Assembly (NCBI GenBank): GCA_905198835.1
Contig: CAJKDY010000001.1
Location: forward strand, 150,263-214,262
DNA from: an uncultured Eubacteriales bacterium
GTDB lineage: Bacteria > Bacillota > Clostridia > Oscillospirales > Oscillospiraceae
Reading direction: 5' to 3'
Length of the DNA: 64,000 nt
Shown in pieces: positions 42,101 through 45,248 of this stretch. A program made the position numbers and the translations under genes. The notes beneath the pieces are model-generated. The model worked only from the letters and a program-made list of their open reading frames with translations. It had not been told where the DNA came from and made no database searches. Positions within the stretch are counted from its first letter, which is position 1. Each line of letters starts with the position of its first letter.

Positions 42101-42679
42101 GAGCAGTGGGCCATCTCGGTCTACAATCCCGAAAGCGCCGCCTACCGCTGCGACCTGGACGGCGATCGCCGGCTCACGGTGGTGGACCTGAACATCGTCA
42201 ATACCCGCTTCAACTATAACCGCACCGAGGAGGACTACCACTGGTACTACCAGGACAGCTCCAAGGTCTGGCAGCACATTCTGCCCTTCGGCATGGGGCC
42301 CCGGGACGAGACCAACTACGACGCCCTGTTTGCCCTGCGGAGCATCGGCGAGGGAGAGATCTTCACCGATCCCTACTGGGACGAGACCGTGGATCCCGCC
42401 CAGCTGAGCGCGGCGCCTATGGAGACCTTCTTCATCGGAGCGGACGGCGTCTTCCGCCTGGACACCGAGATCCCCGAGACCCCCAGCCTGCCCGCTCCCG
42501 ACGATGAGACCGCCAACCCCCACAACGAGCGGGTGGAGACCCCCATGGGCGAGGAGGCGTTTGGTCACGGCCAGGCCGCCTTCTTCCCTGAGGACGCGAC
42601 CCCGGCTTTGCCCGAGGAGCCCCAGGAGCCGGCGGCGGGCGACGACCCGCCCGCCTGGGAGGAACCCGGCCAGGACTGA
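27140..42679 (+). CDS. Giant secreted protein 4 (5179 aa). It has a signal peptide and an N-terminal cohesin-like module. At least 18 copies of a ~110-290 aa beta-rich repeat end in F-x-M-P-x-x-D-V-x-V. A C-terminal dockerin-like loop pair and a Pro/Glu-rich acidic tail follow.
   Basis: RBS AGGAAG lies 8 nt before the ATG at 27140 (the ORF track begins at an in-frame GTG at 27131). The signal peptide is MKQKWNRLLASLLCALMLCSDLSGLMPRAAAA. The cohesin-like signature is TVFWVGIGVDRTQLLELVKDGKGLSSLEAGFYYDNTIIEPY. Repeat ends include YAFTMPDQDCVVRVAY, GFTMPSGDVTVYVKF, AFTMPEDDVTVTVIY and TFTMPKDTDATVTVKF. C-terminal loops are GDVDQNGATKVQDYDAVYDF and CDLDGDRRLTVVDLNIV. Confidence 0.9.
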   Translation: MKQKWNRLLASLLCALMLCSDLSGLMPRAAAAPAASTPTTVTNTGVQDEFRDEANGRPNLFVSFLGDNNNYVYSATNAALTRLNDASLNTISVPAPYDQSGYDNPTGPGNDSSGAWFQYKNYPDCAPANLNKTVFWVGIGVDRTQLLELVKDGKGLSSLEAGFYYDNTIIEPYIDPTKLPVGVTMATATDEQKQEAYRQTIAQANIANGKYPANTQWSSDYTILRALSGVEPPETDPVTREELEQATMDDIMNNTLYTSAGQSQWKMTYVSLELSDIASETANRRLAGAYQGVDKLPQGVDDEGNPVPIVPDSAQGDQYIVDGDPTSGYDYNYLLLIPFRLKNYGSTDWTPLRLVRDATHFSIGGSTWGVDDYGAWERTTTRNGAVTGSAGDANTLSVESHPDRDLKLLTRFAGDLNLFSPGRTAEYEYDALLRIIGDGGSLNHAKLTVKGDPAVWPVWADTNGDIIGGLQSGQGMHLDVHTQDNYVATVTVTYYQDDGAGGEELVYHQYTQTLSGAHDNSYEFVMPAFTRVGTRRVTVTVAFTYQAGDNALVYLTEIPQPGDADHAVGNETTIRTSLTAAYAPTGNTETINSYSPTSAHPNYSHPGLTHPNTPVANAKKDQYVEIQVETHADYAAVVQIYDFKAQCFVTGGLNINATGVSGVTPDQTEIDNPAHLADPTDPSIPAKIKSGRITLPQGGTIGLRMGSQDLDVIITYEKGQRRQATLEVYNTNADAVNFNLNTAQLVYDRYDALNQPSKAYSSVTYHDYDKDALGTVTTDDHRAIKGTNKLPWISASQASLSGSLGGDTGRTGKSWEPTALPTAQQEVLGGMTVMALLASATQKSDFQATINGMDLACAVVDDGSASGLTGLRKNAQGELYGDPDVSAALDADIDKPTIVDALWELRQAIDADTSTGGLKDTYLKTVTKAADGSVAYTYYDLTPAQVQAYLLEIFEAAQIKAENDLAYRIAYRRYLTILNDYNAVKDIPAYSGMAALAAPAVNLSTTVANGKREYQYSDYKSVYLAQYDQYLDDYEQYLADLDANAGTGGAGAPTAPTTYPGATAPGKKTISLKTPSAAVSAVGAHTWTAAAVPTEVPAGQNGNTIETRSGRTVYIVLEADSAYELDTANTDIFQRGPAPGYATGTRIASANPVAVPGYQNVYAFTMPDQDCVVRVAYKLRGTRKLNITYKNAAGLDDNEAIVEVYSVATPPAVTPKLNTITNKGYTTGTLPSGGSYDAYTDTYVTDPVEDAFKGSTVTIRAKAADGYEVKSVEAKNSDNTVITVTKRPADDPADGDVYTFVIAQGRDDDINLVITYGPEVDEVFTATIDSTTEGSIDGGNKATWYVKNGSVVSTPRVLSDVRPSTHLVGHVTVAPGYYIKSVTAWGASGNYPYTITGNGYNNGFGTALTGTNIPIEIYVDMPHEDLVVDVVFAKGPPDPAPDNALTLIVKDDDNTEADPAKAAANWASARVFDQRPTGLATAIPEQTLPSAGALPGDQLGKNAGHGNGTLTDRKYVETGKWVLVDFSAAVVLKPDTSEGAPAGAMVVDTEKSYYVSSVTVGPDHLGVALVWEGPTSVSFYMPAGSTAVTVEFSKYPANGRLPDYVLTVRETYTDLNAGAPTPPNTDQYSYITSARSATIGRWSTLPEGGVNVPGRALDWNTNPELVPPKDEKNGTGAATAGEEVTMTFDVDEGDGTAANPGWYYQSVVLISNGAATRLSDNVTEKSRTTKVIAGKTTTVVTYQVKFYMPASGAEFVVNYRKGPKPTIPDYAFTLILDDPHNVLNTATNMWDENSVQASFQDPTGAAGSHDPLEVGHNKTAMAAVQHIHAGDIITLKTTIAAGYYLEYMIVNPAGLKIYPVWSDANTASFTMPTEGVAVVARVVKGTPQEYTANLILRYEDENGNQILPAGKTIHDIGRGTFVIPNPANPGSTLGSLDDYARKAVYSTVQLPGTDIPYDLYAFDGYYIDRITVEPVVLGVTGSLSGSCGYQDGDVTMPHASINVNVWFKAGWPDEIPYDLTIRVHDSSLDPGRTPSMTQNNYAALRTVAGRAPAPVVASGDKDAVYGGQTKRIDGSDYILDRDTVILDIHTMPGFHVDADTIKLTDTRGDPVAWWYVPGGIAYTQPPRSVIADITFKQGDPADKYTATLHLSGYTAGDTSSERDILNDYVLLSAQTGNTHAMTTSQAAGTTAPPAAVNTDTAVITDLYHGDALDLAIRPGAGRHISSVYAINRTTGDVIPIYGYDTTGTLTATAVQYVPGRAGTPTDNSTTPPTPAIPGTLTKGAFAMPQSDVDVYVNYATGTISATDMVVKLIVSGLTGSGSATADITEPAPSAGQSMTVAAAGVDTRFTAQGNEAVVTFDPAAGYGIAKLEVTNNATGASVPYQWISMLQDPAIVDNTDGSGNPQDNTDLWSGVAPAPGITHPTYKPNPKKQIQLTVPSGGVTIHVTYAKESTQPFRAQVVVNDPLSGDPNSRNNAWLSQKAGADTDDPVQKKLQTALPGEWVDLDITVHPGYRIEYVKVVPQSFGIVPGLPIGTDMGSGVTYYLHDQSTGFTMPSGDVTVYVKFVADGVGTKNVTLAVKGAPTGNNANHATITSPPSGTKGPVYVQGSPQSVSARPKVDWVTVDYEWDVATSAVASITVQTTSDSANVPFTQVLDPATGKGKLTFPMIDDDVIVTITYKDDPTPVGQQVVLHVIDKDRNAAQAILLDNDNYGRLQYAGNAAIGAVAADTGKVGLTQALEDAGTFAVTETILVPAGQSVDVTACSNPTDPNGPVYIESAYVLFEQNGQMIHFNLTPDSLLGGTGPGYSGLHDPVTDPQSFVVHPGRNDVYVTLTRKAPRADEHAAVLMIRSPSTDTQSEAGIHADQTVAAWNDADPARRDKVRANDPDDSHAYVTATDGEKITISVEPASGYVIDYVQITPLGFPLDTDPVYHFDRTGNTITFDMPHVNVAVTVYLKRGSDTNFKATLHYIQDPVCVAHGKPPQEEDYAKLTWTPTGEPSESIWADAKPVGNPGASNRPWDDVSSMIVKEGSTVTLDVTLDSNPVSGESDVILAAFVVWKDRGTIVTLTPSYPAGRTVLTGLEGVTESASGAPDFDNALADATASFKMPMGDVEVYVVTTTEPPTDPWHTVALVATDHSPTGNNSGNNEGDLWNHKDTTDKRVAKSDNVPTIAWVTVTETETISVLPRAAAGYRFNDPAVMTGNDGVTQNLTTPNGNFLYDVSSILCNQVIHIDFESGDDLELTVEIEDPDNPGDGTVEQVVTADPAGAAPPTLRLTSTSVAGSYQIMKGVTAGGAVQLTAKPYKDAQRQYSAYATLYYIDGTSDNVPLTDADGDGVWEGSFPMPANNARVVVTFYDGYTGTLTLVNRITGDATGQAAMTEDKRGLMPLAVHSMRTTDSFQSLPNGTGLDAYITSSMTGRTVKGLLKRNGVTTILPGTNTGIVGDPTHFYHTIDRADAEIILILDSPTEHPDSYLAAVNWVGLPAGTDHPEIEDKTTAGQLRGGDNAWTTAVKDDTVEVTLNVPFGYKATVRADGADVTLSATGPFDGPANPGAPTTQTVTFSMPARDTQITVTYTKTIFDLTLRVIDTSNSGANATAVTPASGIVSGGPSLTANGQSMTVRAGGNVDVSATPATGAVAPAKDPHVVAVYYHTASGATTWLEPSALAPGAASAKAFTMPEDDVTVTVIYDNDHTDKPEDKYYIASVEVVDPDHDPGNRAVSIVNLPAAGLPTGSPSWAAGYGGSEMKVSYEAANGYYVTVTARRADNGADIPVLQMGSTANGTGSVTMPWANIIITLTYSKDKPDQQNDVALQLLGHEALAANEAATSNFTDSTQLVGLATNGTTANHAPHVPAYTQNTDPVETVRSAAKLGDDLRTLAGSAAGSQVVRMTVAVRKVTRDGVTGEVTAVSETPEVDLLVSKYNGSATSRAPAPITHSPDEEIVIRVYYGNIYTATFHLVGEDPTDTHTATDTVAYTHAYDSSDAALTKPIQNDLDRFEGYQGDGAEDIQTTATAGPGRRVVDVVWESDLTGAASATPITGTDRYDFTMPADDVDFYAFFETEPTDPDERSYIAKVAFDPASQHRDNSQNAVTIANTTDTAAPKGKYWVRAKDGDGIEVTVKVAQGYQAQIVTTKIDDATKLGDLPDINDAGTLRKPLATDDYQYYISRTQFVYNLPAGKEATFTMPKDTDATVTVKFTKGYDLSLRVSDASLLDAVGFTTEENTVDLTHDATDHLKWKNDVTTADAAIATDGAYDPDPSTLQDRPGGKRVTTDVGVYDPDMKVRVTRTTPFTGTATLLNIPPDTNYPFAMPYEDTLVSVLLQDKDATDDLLAKVELRGDSDVTGNTATPVVDHDDPAPATTTGTVWTTTSEGNVIDLTLTVAQGYVAKIKVRRDDSIDPNDPTDESKWVYLDAQDYVFQRVWTEADTSTGALPGATVEKSENMVIAHGVTEVQVGYDPAALPQQLFPDSIGGQQHFRFVMPKDQTTPTADSKTDVTILVEFVRVSTMPKPFDPRNVNATVRGVTYDHQPSFLEEGFIYGENRGDYAVVEIPTLAMDEDGVGKHLYDTDNYDEPASGDPKDKKPVMDIKRFTFALRTVSSGGAVSYQRLDLDTDVILVPWREDELLDPADPYNYYVGEDQGMWSSDDSRYWQTNAADKGTDHDFVGSKFKLYPAEPNPKTGLRTAGAQALYDMLNNNGSLETYTAPDPADATKTVTKYRTQLMVRAEDAANQSEYTEVWIRPWFALGVKVNSYGPTHPVEGKLYRLMTEHELNVANGYWDEDENVLPTTTLTAPETPDADNFQHYKWDDDAEPTLEDSVVLEGEGQGKWLQILRMRSSELLGGFTSAYDPREQVSDPAKADDRTLLDNVSAGQDLMYALEIGKTSNLTYTRIKLDLDPHSAAYAAPNAPLTDYYEEINGKSDYTTRTFMLQDTVQLIAGDVDQNGATKVQDYDAVYDFVYRSKKWTDVKTEPVEPATGPDAAYAAAMEQWAISVYNPESAAYRCDLDGDRRLTVVDLNIVNTRFNYNRTEEDYHWYYQDSSKVWQHILPFGMGPRDETNYDALFALRSIGEGEIFTDPYWDETVDPAQLSAAPMETFFIGADGVFRLDTEIPETPSLPAPDDETANPHNERVETPMGEEAFGHGQAAFFPEDATPALPEEPQEPAAGDDPPAWEEPGQD
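27290..27960 (+). other. Cohesin-like module of giant protein 4 (approximate bounds).
   Basis: VFWVGIGV...LEAGFYYDNTIIEPY shares its signature with protein 3 and resembles the cohesin core strands. Confidence 0.45.
30480..40660 (+). repeat. Array of at least 18 protein-level repeats inside giant gene 4. Each ends with the motif [FY]-x-M-P-x-x-[DN]-[VT]-x-[VI]-x-[VI], and many begin with (P)DYxxTLxL.
   Basis: Repeat ends were read at about 30.63, 31.87, 32.38, 32.74, 33.12, 33.99, 34.80, 35.14, 35.97, 36.46, 37.17, 37.83, 38.17, 38.50, 39.28, 39.69, 40.06 and 40.58 kb. One further copy is in giant gene 2 (~14.38 kb). Confidence 0.7.
41953..42210 (+). other. Dockerin-like region of giant protein 4: two Ca-binding loops about 55 aa apart.
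   Basis: GDVDQNGATKVQDYDAVYDF and CDLDGDRRLTVVDLNIVNTRF both fit the D1/D3/[DN]5/D12 plus hydrophobic-helix pattern. Confidence 0.5.
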
Positions 42680-42769
42680 GCCTCGCGGACCAGCCCGGCG
42701 CAAGCCAGACCCGCACGAACCAGATTTGAACCCACCCATCCAAACCAAGATTGGTCTTAGCAAAAATTT

Positions 42770-42794
42770 CCCCGGGGGACTTGCGCCCCCGGGG
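42770..42794. terminator. GC-rich hairpin (CCCCGGGGG-acttgcg-CCCCCGGGG) ~90 nt after giant gene 4. It is a possible weak or bidirectional terminator.
   Basis: Each arm is self-palindromic. A T-tract (tttttg) follows on the minus strand, and aaaacttgtt follows on the plus strand. Confidence 0.35.
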
Positions 42795-42849
42795 AAAACT
42801 TGTTATACTAGATGCTAATCGCAAAGCACCAAAGAGGAGGAGAAGTTTC

Positions 42850-43911
42850 ATGGACATCCGTGTAGAAAAAGCCGCTACCCTGAAGGACCTGCCCGATCCC
42901 AATACCCTGGTCTTCGGCAAGACATTTACCGACCACATGTTCCTGATGAACTATGACGCGGGCAAGGGCTGGCACGATGGGCGCATCGTTCCCTACGGTC
43001 CCATTCCCCTGGAGCCCTGCGCCATGGTGTTCCACTACGCCCAGGAGGTCTTTGAGGGTATGAAGGCCTACCGAGCCCCCGACGGCGGCGTGCGTCTGTT
43101 CCGCCCCACGGAGAACGCCGAGCGCTTCCAGCGCTCCTGCGAGCGCCTTTGTATCCCCCAGATCCCGGTGGACGACTTTGTGGAGGCGGTGCGGGCCATC
43201 GTCAAGACCGAGGAGCGCTGGGTGCCCGGCCAGCCGGGGACGTCCCTTTATATCCGCCCCTTTGTCATTGCCACCGACCCGTCTCTGGGCGTCCACGCCT
43301 CCCACAGCTACCTCTTTGCCATCATCTGCTGCCCGGTGGGCGCGTACTACAAAGAGGGACTGAACCCGGTGAAGATCTATGTGGAGGACGAGGATGTCCG
43401 GGCCGTCCGGGGGGGCACCGGCTTTACCAAGTGCGGCGGCAACTACGCCGCCTCCATCCGTGCCGGCGAGCGAGCCGAGGAGAAGGGCTTCTCCCAGGTG
43501 CTGTGGCTGGACGGTGTGGAGCGCAAGTATATTGAGGAAGTGGGCGCCATGAACGTCCTCTTTAAGATCGACGGCAAGATCGTCACCCCCAAGCTCACCG
43601 GCTCCATCCTCCCCGGCGTTACCCGCAAGTCCTGCCTGGACCTGCTGCGGGACTGGGGCTATGTGGTGGAGGAGAGGCTGGTCACCGCCCAGGAGCTCTT
43701 CGACGCCGCCCAGGCGGGCAAGCTGGAGGAGGCCTGGGGCAGCGGCACCGCCGCCGTCATCTCCCCCATCGGCACCCTGGCCTGGGGCGAGCAGAGCGTG
43801 GAGATCAACGGCGGCAAGATCGGCGACCTCAGCCAGAAGCTCTATGACACCCTCACCGGCATCCAGTGGGGCACCGAGCCCGACCCTTACGGCTGGAGCG
43901 TTAAAGTATAA
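42850..43911 (+). CDS. ilvE: Branched-chain amino acid aminotransferase.
   Basis: RBS AAGAGGAGGAG precedes the ATG at 42850. Class-IV aminotransferase motifs are present: FEGMKAYR, LYIRPFVIAT, PVGAYYK and TGFTKCGGNYAAS... The ORF-track start at 42751 has no RBS. Confidence 0.9.
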   Translation: MDIRVEKAATLKDLPDPNTLVFGKTFTDHMFLMNYDAGKGWHDGRIVPYGPIPLEPCAMVFHYAQEVFEGMKAYRAPDGGVRLFRPTENAERFQRSCERLCIPQIPVDDFVEAVRAIVKTEERWVPGQPGTSLYIRPFVIATDPSLGVHASHSYLFAIICCPVGAYYKEGLNPVKIYVEDEDVRAVRGGTGFTKCGGNYAASIRAGERAEEKGFSQVLWLDGVERKYIEEVGAMNVLFKIDGKIVTPKLTGSILPGVTRKSCLDLLRDWGYVVEERLVTAQELFDAAQAGKLEEAWGSGTAAVISPIGTLAWGEQSVEINGGKIGDLSQKLYDTLTGIQWGTEPDPYGWSVKV

Positions 43912-43952
43912 AAAGATAGTCGGCAGAGGTTCCTCTGCCGACTATCTTTTTA
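43912..43952. terminator. Bidirectional rho-independent terminator after ilvE.
   Basis: aaaa-gatagtcggcagagg-ttc-cctctgccgactatc-ttttt is a perfect hairpin flanked by an A-tract and a T-tract. Confidence 0.8.
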
Positions 43953-44118
43953 TAGTGAGGTTGCAGGCCGACTGCGCGCACTCGCTACGCTCGCACACTT
44001 GCGGCCTGAGATGTATTTTTTGCCAGGCGCATGTCCTGGCAAAAAATGATTATGCTGTTTCGCCGTCTGCGGACGGCGAACTCTGCGAGGCTTTGTCAAA
44101 CGGAATTATGCTCGGAGA

Positions 44119-44149
44119 CCTTGCCCGAGGGCGAGAAATATGCTATGAT
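44119..44149 (+). promoter_or_regulatory. Putative sigma-A promoter for pyrB with an extended -10 element.
   Basis: TTGCCC (44121-44126), a 17-nt spacer and tgcTATGAT (44141-44149) lie 38 nt before the pyrB ATG. Confidence 0.4.
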
Positions 44150-44186
44150 ATCAAATTAGAAAACAAAAGTGAGAGGAGGGGACACG

Positions 44187-45248
44187 ATGCGTCATCTCAT
44201 TGACTTTGGCGATATGTCCCGGGCAGAGTGGGACGCGCTGTATAAGCGCACCCAGGACATCATGGACCATCCGGCGGACTATCTGGACGCCTGCCGGGGC
44301 AAGGTGTGCGCCAACCTCTTCTATGAGCCCTCCACCCGCACCAACTTCTCCTTCCAGACCGCCATGCTCCGTCTGGGCGGCACCGTCTTTGGCTTTGCCG
44401 ACCCCAAGAACTCCTCCGCGGCAAAGGGGGAGAATTTAAAGGATACCATCAAGATGGTCTCGGGCTACGCCGACGTGATCGTCATGCGCACTCCCTGGGA
44501 GGGGGCGGCCAAGGCCGCCTCGCTCTACTCCAACGTTCCCGTCATCAACGCCGGAGACGGCGGGCATATGCACCCCACCCAGACCATTGCCGATCTGACC
44601 ACCATCCAGCGCCTGCGGGGCAGCGTGGACGGCCTGACCGTGGGGCTGTGCGGCGATCTGAAAAACGGCCGTACCGTCCACTCCCTGATCAAGGCCCTGG
44701 CCAAGTTTGAAAAGGTCCGGCTCTACCTCATCTCTCCCCGGGAGCTTGCCCTGCCGGAGTATATGCGGGCCTTTTTGCGCCAGAAGAATATCCCCCATCT
44801 GGACGTCACCGGGCTGGAGGCCGTCATCCCTCAGCTGGATGTTTTGTATATGACTCGTATCCAGCGCGAGCGGTTTGTGGACCCCGCGGCATATGAGCGG
44901 TGCAAGGGCATTTATGTTTTGACCAGAAGCAAGCTCCAGCGGGCCAAGCGAGAGCTTTTGGTCATGCACCCGCTGCCCAGGGTGGACGAGATCCATGTGG
45001 ATGTGGACGACGACCCAAGGGCCGTCTATTTCCAGCAGGCCCGCTACGGGATGTTTGCCCGGATGGCGCTGCTGTTTGACTTAGCCAACCAGCCCCGGTG
45101 GGACAGCTTGCCCGCCGTGGACATCGGCGCTGGCCAGCGTTGCCGGAACCCCGCCTGTATCACCCGGACCGAGTGGTATCTGCCCAGGTTGGACCGGGAG
45201 CTGGAGGGGCAGAGCTGCTGCGGCTTTTGCGATAAGGCGCTGCCGTGA
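44187..45248 (+). CDS. pyrB: Aspartate carbamoyltransferase catalytic chain with a fused C-terminal PyrI-type zinc-ribbon domain.
   Basis: RBS GAGGAGGGG precedes the ATG at 44187. ATCase motifs are FYEPSTRTNFSFQTAMLRLGG, HPTQ, GDLKNGRTVHSLIKAL and HPLPRVDEI. An extra ~45-aa tail, CRNPACITRTE...CCGFCDKALP, resembles the Cys4 zinc domain of regulatory chain PyrI (CPNSNCIS...CKYCEK). Confidence 0.85.
   Translation: MRHLIDFGDMSRAEWDALYKRTQDIMDHPADYLDACRGKVCANLFYEPSTRTNFSFQTAMLRLGGTVFGFADPKNSSAAKGENLKDTIKMVSGYADVIVMRTPWEGAAKAASLYSNVPVINAGDGGHMHPTQTIADLTTIQRLRGSVDGLTVGLCGDLKNGRTVHSLIKALAKFEKVRLYLISPRELALPEYMRAFLRQKNIPHLDVTGLEAVIPQLDVLYMTRIQRERFVDPAAYERCKGIYVLTRSKLQRAKRELLVMHPLPRVDEIHVDVDDDPRAVYFQQARYGMFARMALLFDLANQPRWDSLPAVDIGAGQRCRNPACITRTEWYLPRLDRELEGQSCCGFCDKALP

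Noticed and set aside
42680-42849. T-box riboswitch upstream of ilvE
   Set aside because: The region is only ~170 nt, with no specifier-loop and T-box consensus (AATTAGGGTGGNACCGCG) arrangement visible.
44044-44160. 38-codon uORF (MIMLFRRLRTANSARLCQTELCSETLPEGEKYAMISN) in the pyrB leader as a possible attenuation leader peptide
   Set aside because: It has no RBS and overlaps the predicted pyrB promoter. It has no pyrimidine-related codon bias. It is probably a chance ORF.
43950-44186. PyrR binding loop / pyrimidine attenuator upstream of pyrB
   Set aside because: I could not find the conserved UCCAGAGAGGCU-like motif. Only generic hairpins are present.
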